Shown: in pieces, positions 12,280 through 21,453 of the stretch
Numbering within the stretch: position 1 is the first letter of the stretch
Layout: each line of letters opens with the position of its first letter
DNA from: Anthoceros angustus
Lineage: Eukaryota > Plantae > Anthocerotophyta
Assembly: GCA_010909165.1 (NCBI GenBank)
Contig: MU008186.1
Span: forward strand, 124,001 to 188,000
Reading direction: 5' to 3'
Length of the DNA stretch: 64,000 bases
Made by a program: the position numbers and the translations under genes
Notes under the pieces: generated by a model
What the model saw: only the letters and a program-made list of their open reading frames with translations
Told to the model about the DNA's origin: nothing
Databases searched by the model: none

Positions 12280-13217
12280 ATATGAAGAAAGGCTTTCAAA
12301 GAATTACAAAGTTGACATGAAGAATTACCAAAGTGAGCACTTTCGGCCAAAGGTCAAGAACTATGAGAAGGACGTTATTGAAACTTTCAAAGCTGTTATT
12401 GATCACTCTCCTAAGTGGACTGCAAACGACAAGAATCTGTCAATACAGGGGTTTCTTTTCAACTCAACCATTGATAACCCCAGATCAAATGTAAGTTTGT
12501 GGTTAATTGCTTTGAGTTATTGTGGTTTTGAATGTACTAACTATTAGTTTTATTGGCTAGGCGTGGTATGCAAAACTTCGAGTCTCGAAAGGAATGCTCT
12601 CAAGGTTCATGAAGACTATGGCCGACGCTACTGGCCTTATTGGCCATTACACCAACAAGAGTTGTCATGTAACAATGATTACACGTCTAACGATGGCCCA
12701 GGTGCCTTCTGATGCTGGGAGAAGTGTCACTGGCTATAAAATAGATGCTGGATTTTCAAGGTAAGTGTGGTAGCAGTTGTGTTATTTTAAATTATTTGTA
12801 TGTTCTTTGCTGACGTTATGATGTTTTGCAGATATGACCGCACTAGTCAAGCAAAACAGGCAGCTGCAGCAAGAGTTCTTGTTCCTGGTGAATGAAGATC
12901 TTACAAGGAGCTCCTGACTGAAGAACTCAATCGGATGCAGGATGATCTGAGGGGTGTTCTTTCGTCAACTGTCCTGGATGTGACTCCAGAAGTAGTATTT
13001 TCAAGTCAGCCTGAAGATCAGCGTCCTTTGCAAGTGCAACGAAATGAGAATATAAGCTTTTGAGATGTATAGTAAGTATATGTTGACTGTCTTATCCTGT
13101 GTTCTGATTCCTTTTTTATTTGTCAGGTATTACCGTCTATTGCCACCCCTGTTATTCAACATGAAGGCAAACCACAACACATTGTCAGCACTGAACCAAA
13201 TTTTGAGGTGCAGATGT
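12280..13217 (+). pseudogene. Crypton-type (DUF3504-like) tyrosine recombinase, C-terminal half, with spliceosomal introns; degenerate
   Basis: Exons 12280-12490, 12561-12760 and 12832 onward splice in frame to YEERLSKNYK...FLFNSTIDNPRSNAWYAKLRVSKGMLSRFMKTMADATGLIGHYTNKSCHVTMITRL...VTGYK...RYDRTS. This matches the Crypton pattern SKN...WY...AGL.G..TNHS.R.T.IT.L...TGH...Y.R.S. In-frame TGA at 12893. Confidence 0.8.
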
Positions 13218-13723
13218 AAATGCAAGCAGTTTTGAGCAGCGGCTTGCTGAGATCTGCCGAGAACGGGAGTTGGAGTATGATAAACAGAAACAAACAATGG
13301 AGTTACACGGTTAGTTCTGCGACGGGTGACCTGTTAAGCGGTCCGGTTCATTAAGCGGGTCGGGTTGTCCCCCAAGTATTTTTTCCAGTACAAGGCGAGA
13401 TTAACTGCACGGGTGCACCAGCAGACCCTGGTCGTTGGCCGCACCTAGTGACGGACCCAGGCGTCTGTGCGACGTTGGGATAGCGTCGCAAGTAGCACTC
13501 TGAAGGCTGCAGTCTGCTGAATACTCCGATGTTGGAGCCCAGGTCTGGTGGCTGGGAGTAAGTTTGTTAATATCGATATGAACCAGAGTAGTTAGAATTA
13601 GTAGGCTAACGGTGAAGCACGATGCATTCCCTTGGGATCGAACCACATACTATACGATACGGGACATAGTGTGCGCCCGGCTAGTGTGCCAGCGAAAGTA
13701 TGTCCACAAGTACAACAAAGGGA

Positions 13724-14210
13724 GACCTCAAGGGTCACGGTAAAAAGAAGTAACTAAGCTCCCTACCTAAAGTCACCTACTGCGCCAACAATATCAATGG
13801 CACAGTCTCCCGAACATGCACATATGTATTGTGCATCCTTGCAGAATAGGTGTTCTAGGTATGGATATCACCTTAGATAGTACTTAGAAGACTGACAATG
13901 CCATAAACTATTTGAAAATGCATCCCAATCATAAGGAGGACTACATAAGGAACATGTTTCTTACATATATCAATTATGCTAGCCATGTAACTTGACAGTG
14001 ATTGGTCCCAAAATTTGCGATACCGTCCTTGGCGACAAACAAAGCTATCCAACTCGATAAAATGAATGCATATCCAACAACACGTGTTTAAGTTTTATTG
14101 CAGGGAAAAAACGATGGGGAAAACCCATCTAGCACGGGACAATGAAGGTGGACCTCAAGGGTCAAGGTGAAAAAGAGCGATTAAGGTCCTTCCCTAAAAT
14201 TACCTACTAC
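13724..14210 (+). repeat. Diverged ~60-bp direct repeat pair (13724 and 14151), probably a TE remnant
   Basis: GACCTCAAGGGTCA(C/A)GGT(A/G)AAAA...CCTAAA(G/A)T(C/T)ACCTACT occurs twice, 427 bp apart. Confidence 0.6.
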
Positions 14211-15153
14211 TCCTAGAACATTATATGCAGGAAGAACAAATGGCCTGCAAATGATGGAAGAAGAGGAAGAAGCGTCACTTGCTGTCATCGCCTTGTGAAA
14301 AATTGCCGTCGAGAGGGCCCTTTGAAGGACAATGGAGACTCATGTCTGAAATAAGCTATGAAATAAGAAAGAAACAACCCCATGCCATGCCTATGGATGT
14401 GGTAGGATTTCGCAAAACAACACTACACAGCGGATCAAATGAGTTCTCCTTCAATTTAAAGCCCTCGTTGTTATATAAGGAGCATTTGAGAAGTAGGGAG
14501 TCAAAGGCCCTTCTTCGGACAACGTTAGATGAGGTGCTGCTTATAATTACCTTCAATTCCTCTTCGCCATGTTCATTCATATTTCTCAAACGAGACGTGG
14601 GAACAAGACCAACGCTTGATACGGAATCCCACCCTCCTTATGTGGTCCGAATGCGAATATAGATTCTTCTAGACGTTTCTACGCTCCCGGCGACGAGATG
14701 TCTCATCCAAGCGGTCTCACACAGGCCGCCGAGAGCCCAACGGGTTGGCCCTCCCGCAAGCCGCCCTGGTGGCGATGGCCTTATTTGTAGGCTTCGACCA
14801 AACGCGTGATGGTGGGCATGTACATGGGAAGGCCATGGCATGGCACGACCCTGCCACCTTCAGGGATTGAAAGGAATGCGTCTGATGAAAGTCTGATGGG
14901 CAACGGCCGGCCCATTCGGTTTTTGAAAAGTCCTGGCAACCTCTCAGCTGGATAAAGCAGTTTCTCCAACCTTCCACCAACAGCGTATACGGTTCACTGC
15001 CTCGAAGTAGAGGAGGGAACTAGCAAGGGATGAATTTAAGGGTCTCTTTGTTTTGGGGCGTATTTGATAGTTCTCGCTGTGCCCGCAAGTGATCTTCCCC
15101 TATATCAGATCAGATCGGATCAGACATGATATCAAAGGTGAGGAGTCCAGATT

Positions 15154-18100
15154 TCATTCTTTTGTCATTTTGGAAGAGATTCTTTTTTCATTTGGGACAA
15201 CAGTTTGAGTGTTGCTGACGCTTAGGATACTTTCCGCAACCACAAAACTATGCACAATGCCGTGCATGTCTGTCCACCAGCTCTGACCCGGCTGCTTCCA
15301 TGCCCTGGTTCTAATTCTCCTAGCCTGCATCTCGTGTGCCTGTTCGCACATCTGGGCATTGGTGTAAATGTTTGACATCAACACATAAGCTAAGGGGTTG
15401 TTCTTGTCTAGTTTCACAGCTTGGTCGAAAGCATGGCGTCCCACGTCCACGTTGCTCCATTTGTGACAAGCACCCAACAAAATGTGCCAAACTGCAGCTT
15501 GAGGCAGTACAGGCATTGTCCTTATCAAGCACAGGGCCTCATCCAGTTGGCCTGCACGACCCAGGAGATCCACCATGCATCCGTAGTGCTCTACTGTAGG
15601 GGTAATGCTGTAGTGTTTGCTCATAACCTCAAAGTATTCCTGCCCTTTGTTCAGCAGCCCAGTATGACTGCAGACTGATAATAGAACAAGAAATGTGATG
15701 CCATCTGGCTGTATGCCATCCTCTCTCATTCTGAGAAACAAGTCAAAGACCTCATCGCTGTTTCCTTGGTGACTGTATCCTGCAATCAATGCATTCCATG
15801 CTATATTGCTTCTTTCAGGTAATGCCTCAAACACCTCCCGTGCATCAACCATACTCCCGGACTTTCCATACATGTTGATCAACCCGCAGGCTACAAGAAC
15901 ATCAGCTTGGAGCCCATGTTCTTTAATTTGTACGTGTATTCGCATTCCCAGATGCAAAGCTGCCACATCTCCACATGCCTGCAGGAGGCACAAAAATGTG
16001 ATAGAATCAGGTACAGTCACGCCATGCTGTTGCATAGCAGTGTACAGACCAAGGGCTTCCTGCCCCATTCCCTGCTGGCAATATCCTGCAATCATAGCAG
16101 TCCATGTCACCACGTCTTTTTGAACAAGTCCATCAAACAGTCTTCGAGCGTCTTCTAAGCTGCCACACTTGGCGTACATGTTCACCAAACTATTGGTTAC
16201 AAACATATCAGCTTGGTGTGCTTGTTCTATGATTTGTGTATGGATCTGCTTCCCCTTCTCCAAGGCCGGGATGCCAACACTTGCACATGCCTGCAGGAGG
16301 CTCGCGAATGTCACAGAGTTGGGTACAGTGATGCCTTCTTCTTGCATAGCACTGTAAAGACAAAGGGCTTCCTGGGCCATGCCCACCTGGGAATGCCCTG
16401 CTATAATGGTGTTCCAGGTGACCACATCTTTTCCATCAAGTCCCTCAAATACTCTCTGAGCGTCTCCCAAGCTGCCACACTTTGCATACATGTTTATCAA
16501 ACTGTTGGCGACAAGCAAATCAGCTTGATTTCCTCGATCCGCAATCTGCTTATGGAGCTGCTTTCCCTGCTCCAGCGCCATGGTGCCTACACTTGCACAT
16601 GCCTGCAGTAGGCACCCAAATGTCACGGAATTTGGTACAGCTATGCCTTCTTCTTCCAGATCCCTGTAAAGACGAAGGGCTTCCTGGGCCATACCCTGCT
16701 GGGAATACCCTGCTATCATGGCATTCCATGTCACCACATCTTTTCGATCAAGCCCATTAAACACTCTTTGCGCGTCATCCAAACTGCCACACTTTGCATA
16801 CATGTATACCAAACTGTTGGCCACAAACACATCAGCTTGATGTCCTTGTTCTCTAATTTGAGCATGAAGCTGCTTTCCCATCTCCAAAGCTGGGGTGCCC
16901 ACACTTGAACATGCCTGCAGGAGGCCTACAAAAGTGACAGAATTGGGTACAGCCATGCCTTCTGCTTGCATAGCCTCGTACACACCAATGGCTTCCTGCC
17001 ACATGCCCTGCTGGGCATATGCTGCAATTAGAGCCGTCCATGCCACAACGTCTTTTTCACCAAGTTCGTCAAACACAGTTTGAGCATCTCGTAACCTGCC
17101 ACATTTTGCATACATGGTCACCAAACTGTTCGCTACAAGAGTATTTGTTTGGTGCCCTCGTTCTCTGATTTCTGCATGAAGGTGCCTCCCCTTCTCCAAA
17201 GCAAGGGGACCGACACTTGCACACGCCTGCAAGAGGGACACAAATGTCACGGGATTGGGTACAACGCTGCCTTCTTGCATATCGCTGTAAAGTCTAAGGG
17301 CTTTGCGGCCCATTCCCTGCTGGGAATACCCTGCTATCATGGCATTCCATGTCACCACATCCTTTTCATGAAGTTCATCAAACACCCGTCTAGCGTGTTC
17401 CAAGCTCCCACACTTAGCATACATATTCACCATACTGTTGCCTACAAACAAATCTGCTTGGAATCCTCGTTCTCTAACTTGTGTATGTAGCTGCTTACCT
17501 CTCTCCAACGCCCGGGTGCCGACACTTGCACATGCCTGCAGGAGGCTGACAAATGTCACGGAATTCGGTACAGCTAAGCCTTCTTCTTGCATAACACTGT
17601 AGAGACCAAGAGCCTTCTGACCCATGCCTTGCTGTGAGTACCCAGCTATCATGGCATTCCATGTCACTACATCCTTTTGACCAAGCCCGTCAAAAACTCT
17701 TTGAGCATCCTCTAAGCTGCCACACTTGGCATACATGTTTACTAGGTTATTAGCTACAAGCACATCAGCTTGGTGCCCTCCTTCTGAGATTTGCGCATGA
17801 AGCTGCCTCCCTTTCTCTAATGCCAGGCTGCCCACACCCGCACATGCCTGTAATAGGCACAGAAATGTCACGGAATCAGGTGCAACGACGCCTTCCGCCT
17901 GCATAGTACTGTAGAGACGAAGGGCTTCCTGCCCCATGCCCTGCTGAGAATACCCTGCTATCATGGCATTCCACGACACTACATCTTTCTTGACAAGTCC
18001 GTCAAACACCTTTTCAGCATCCTCCAAGCTGCCACACTTTGCATACATGTCCACCAAGCAGTTACAGACAAACAAATCAGGATCAACCCCACTGCCCAGA

Positions 18101-18969
18101 ACATCTGCATGCACCTGCTGCCCACTTTTCAAGTCTGATCCCCTCCCACAGGCCTGCAGCGCTGCCACAAACACATGCCCATCTGGTTTCACACCTGACC
18201 TGCGCATTCCATGATACAGCTGTACGGCATGCTTGTCTTGCCCATGTTTAACATGGGCAGAAATTATGGAAAACCAAATGAAAGCATCCGGTTCTGCAAC
18301 CACGGTGAACACATCCATGGCATCCTGCAACCTGCCATGAGAAGCATACATCCGCAGGATGTGATTGCCCAGGAACGTGTCCGACTCATACCCCTTCCTC
18401 ACCGTGAAACCATGCACGCGGCGACCCAGGAGTAGATCATCCTCACATTTCTTCAGCATAGTGTAAAAAAGAGACTTGGGAATGCAATAGTCCGTCTGCA
18501 CCAAAACCCCCAAAGCCTCAACAGCCTCACTGAGAAGCCCCTGATCACATAGCCTTTTCACGGTTTCAGCCATCACGCCCCTTCCGTTCCCTGCAGGCTT
18601 GCCAGGTTCATTATCGTCCTGCAAGGTCCAGTTAGAACTGGAGACACCAGGACGCATCTGCACATCCAGCGCACCCAGCCGCCCATCCACCCAACCTGGC
18701 CTGTCCGAGTTGAGGACCTCCTGAGGCTTGGGCTTATTTTGCCTCCAGACTGTTGGGTCCCCAACATTTTGCCGCCACAAGAGCTCCTGGCCACGGTTCT
18801 GGCTACCACATCCCGCCAGCCATCCTCTTGGACGCGGTGGATTTGTTGCGGAGCTGCTGTACCTGGCGGCTTCCTTGTTTGCCGGGCCATGGCTCCTTGA
18901 AGTCAGGTGAGCAGGAGCTCTCCCTAGAATACCACTTGACCTCCAGACAGGCATGACTCCCAGGAGCAC
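15154..18969 (-). CDS. PLS-class pentatricopeptide repeat protein (organellar RNA-editing factor) with E1/E2 domains and a truncated WW-type DYW start; intronless
   Basis: 1271-aa ORF with about 8 P-L-S triplets (YAKCGSLEDA.RVFD...DVVTWNAMIAGYSQQG...SVTF..LLQAC), then P2-L2-S2 (VEHYGCMVDLLGRAG), E1/E2 and WKQPGQSWWTDMHGIVHSFVV. There is no HSE or CxxC deaminase motif. The Arg/Ser-rich N-terminus resembles a transit peptide; alternative start at 18573. Confidence 0.95.
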   Translation of the reverse strand: MLLGVMPVWRSSGILGRAPAHLTSRSHGPANKEAARYSSSATNPPRPRGWLAGCGSQNRGQELLWRQNVGDPTVWRQNKPKPQEVLNSDRPGWVDGRLGALDVQMRPGVSSSNWTLQDDNEPGKPAGNGRGVMAETVKRLCDQGLLSEAVEALGVLVQTDYCIPKSLFYTMLKKCEDDLLLGRRVHGFTVRKGYESDTFLGNHILRMYASHGRLQDAMDVFTVVAEPDAFIWFSIISAHVKHGQDKHAVQLYHGMRRSGVKPDGHVFVAALQACGRGSDLKSGQQVHADVLGSGVDPDLFVCNCLVDMYAKCGSLEDAEKVFDGLVKKDVVSWNAMIAGYSQQGMGQEALRLYSTMQAEGVVAPDSVTFLCLLQACAGVGSLALEKGRQLHAQISEGGHQADVLVANNLVNMYAKCGSLEDAQRVFDGLGQKDVVTWNAMIAGYSQQGMGQKALGLYSVMQEEGLAVPNSVTFVSLLQACASVGTRALERGKQLHTQVRERGFQADLFVGNSMVNMYAKCGSLEHARRVFDELHEKDVVTWNAMIAGYSQQGMGRKALRLYSDMQEGSVVPNPVTFVSLLQACASVGPLALEKGRHLHAEIRERGHQTNTLVANSLVTMYAKCGRLRDAQTVFDELGEKDVVAWTALIAAYAQQGMWQEAIGVYEAMQAEGMAVPNSVTFVGLLQACSSVGTPALEMGKQLHAQIREQGHQADVFVANSLVYMYAKCGSLDDAQRVFNGLDRKDVVTWNAMIAGYSQQGMAQEALRLYRDLEEEGIAVPNSVTFGCLLQACASVGTMALEQGKQLHKQIADRGNQADLLVANSLINMYAKCGSLGDAQRVFEGLDGKDVVTWNTIIAGHSQVGMAQEALCLYSAMQEEGITVPNSVTFASLLQACASVGIPALEKGKQIHTQIIEQAHQADMFVTNSLVNMYAKCGSLEDARRLFDGLVQKDVVTWTAMIAGYCQQGMGQEALGLYTAMQQHGVTVPDSITFLCLLQACGDVAALHLGMRIHVQIKEHGLQADVLVACGLINMYGKSGSMVDAREVFEALPERSNIAWNALIAGYSHQGNSDEVFDLFLRMREDGIQPDGITFLVLLSVCSHTGLLNKGQEYFEVMSKHYSITPTVEHYGCMVDLLGRAGQLDEALCLIRTMPVLPQAAVWHILLGACHKWSNVDVGRHAFDQAVKLDKNNPLAYVLMSNIYTNAQMCEQAHEMQARRIRTRAWKQPGQSWWTDMHGIVHSFVVAESILSVSNTQTVVPNEKRISSKMTKE

Positions 18970-19058
18970 GCCGCATCTGCACTAAATACGATGCGGTTCT
19001 CGATTGCAGGACCGAAGCAGCAGACCGGTGACAAGTGCAGAATTCATGAGAGGCAAGC

Positions 19059-20856
19059 ATGGCGCTGCATCAGCAGCTCATCCCACCTTTCCGCTATGCA
19101 ATTGTGGAGGACTCCTTTTTCAGGTACTATGTTCTCAATACTCAAACCCATCCATGTTTCCCAGGAACACGCGCAGGTGGGAAGGATTTGCATCTGCTCA
19201 TGTTGAACCTGTTTTGGCTGCAACGCGCTGGCAGGGGTGCATATCCAACCATCAAGAACTTCAGATTTCTGAGGAGATTACATCTGAAAACCATTGTGTG
19301 TCTAACACCGGAGACCCAGCCAAATCGGGACATGCGTGACTTCTGTGCAGACGAGGGTATCACCATCCGCCACTTCTTTGTGGAGAAATTCCAGGTTTTC
19401 TTTTCTCTTCCCCTGCAATTCAGGGTGTGCATAGATGTCCACCCTGCAGGAGCACTGAAAGGGGATAACATCCAGGACAAACCAACATTCGTTCACTTCT
19501 TGAGCTGGTTGTCTGGGTTCACGGTCTACACCTAGCCTACCCGAGCTGACCAAAATAGTTCCTAGGCAGAATTTGTCTGAAATGTTCTCGAAAGAGTTTT
19601 ATTCTTGCTGCTGGATCTGATTTCCAAACATCTGTGCTTGCTCATGACAGGTGAACTGGGTGGGCTAATTGCAGGATGTCGTCACTCTTTCAAATTCAAA
19701 AGTGTTTCAAATTCTTCAGATCATCATCAACCCAGAAAATCTTCCTCTTTACTTGCATTGCTTGGATGGATCCCACGTATGTGGTCTGGTGGTAAGCAAC
19801 AAGTGGCATGATATGATGATGTTAAAATTCATGTTGATCAGGCATCCTTGTGGTGATAGCTGAGGTCCTCCATGGAATCAGGTGATGTGTTTCAGAAAGT
19901 TGCAGAGCTGGAATTTGGCTACATCAACGGCTGAATTCTGTAAGTTCCAGAGAGAAGGTGAAATCTCCCGAGAGGAGTCTCAGTTTGTGGAGGCCTTCCG
20001 TGGGGACATAGAGGTTCCTCCAGTGATTCCAATATGGCTATGGCAGGCATGTGTCCGATGCTTACCTGTACAAAGTATGTCTTGCTTCTGTTTGCAAGTT
20101 GGCCTAGTCATCGTCGCGACATGTTGCTTAGCTGCCTGCAAGGTGGTTGAGATGATAGCAGAGAAGGAGGCAGGGAACATGTAGATGTGCATTTGTGATG
20201 ACATGACAAGCGAGAGGAAGGGAGGGAGGGAGAATAAGACAGCGTCTTTGCTCTTCCAGGGTGTGCGAACTGTGAAACATCCCAGTTTTCGACTGCGGCT
20301 TCTGCCTTCTCCTACAACTGCTGATCAGAGAGATGATGATGGAGGCAGCACATCTAGTAGCCGGTTTAGTGATGCTACAATGGTTTCTGCTGATAGGCTG
20401 AGTGAGAGCTTAGGAAGACGACCAGATACCCCCAGCAAACTCCCTCACATGGCTGCGGGGGTTCTCCTTCCTCCCGTTCCTGGTGGTGTTGCTGGTCAAG
20501 CAGGAGCCATGGACGCAGAAGACCGAACTCGAGTCTGGCTTCGGAGCACGACTCCATCAACTGGAAGCAGAACTTCTTCCAGGCCTGTCATATACAGACC
20601 TCCTCGGGAAGTATCAGCAGAGAAACAGACCAAATCCAACATCGTTGGGGTCCCTGTCTTCTCTGGACCAGGGAACCAAAACCTCAAGCACGACCTCGAG
20701 GTACTGTTTCCCAAATCATTGTTGTTTGCCATGTGCTTGCGCCAAGGAACAGGCACTGATGTCCATCACCACTTCTGGCAGGCTCTGGCTCTTGAAGGCT
20801 TCCGACTGACAAGGAAACGAACGAGCCTTCCACCATTTAGGCCTTTCATACGTTAG
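19059..20856 (+). CDS. Siw14/PFA-DSP family phosphatase-like protein of the Oca6 type (lacks the CX5R arginine)
   Basis: Exons 19059-19123, 19235-19394, 19675-19791, 19882-20046 (GC donor), 20260-20700 and 20782-20856. Motifs LIPPFRYAIV, RGAYPTIKNFRFLRRLHLKTIV, PLYLHCLDGSHVCGLVVVMCFRKLQSW, PIWLWQG and ALALEG. Confidence 0.85.
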
Positions 20857-21453
20857 CATACCTCGTCATTTTTCCTCTGTACAAAACGTGAGACTATTTC
20901 ATTCTTCTCCAGTCTGTTTATTTACCGCATCCTCCAGTAGGCACCAGACTGTAGATGGTCATACTCGAATTGAAGGTAGGCAACCAACTTCGACTGGACG
21001 GAATGTGGCATTCAGGTTTCTGAGTCATGGCATTTAACGAAAGTGGACAACGGAAAACCGCTTGGTCGCTCGTGACGCACAGCTAGCGGTCGGTAACCTA
21101 ATAGCTGCGGCAAAAAAGCCTAGAGCTCGATGATCCTCCGTCAGATCTGTGACGTGTCATACACCCTTCCAGTACATGAGAATGCGGACTTCTGGCATCC
21201 TCATCAGATAGCGCGTACGACGGCATTGACGTGGATCGACCAGGGAAACACGTTCAACCTCGGCCATGGAAGCAAAAGAAAAGTTACACCTTGGCGACAT
21301 GGCTATACCGTAGGCACAAATTGGTGCCCCTCAATAACTTTAAGTCATCTCTCCGAAAATTGAAATCCCTCCTTGCAAGCACGGCTACGCGCGCTGATCC
21401 GAGTCGAGGGAGGGTGTCCCCGAGCAAAATGCCACTGCCCTAAAGCTACAGGA

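Noticed and set aside
9800-13372. Possible terminal inverted repeats for the Crypton-like element (GGGCACAACCTGCCCGCT versus reverse complement GGGGACAACCCGACCCGCT)
   Set aside because: Short and imperfect, no TSD, and Cryptons normally lack TIRs; ends cannot be fixed from one copy.
14279-14980. Short ORFs that might be a LINE or other TE fragment
   Set aside because: No RT, endonuclease or transposase motif recognised.
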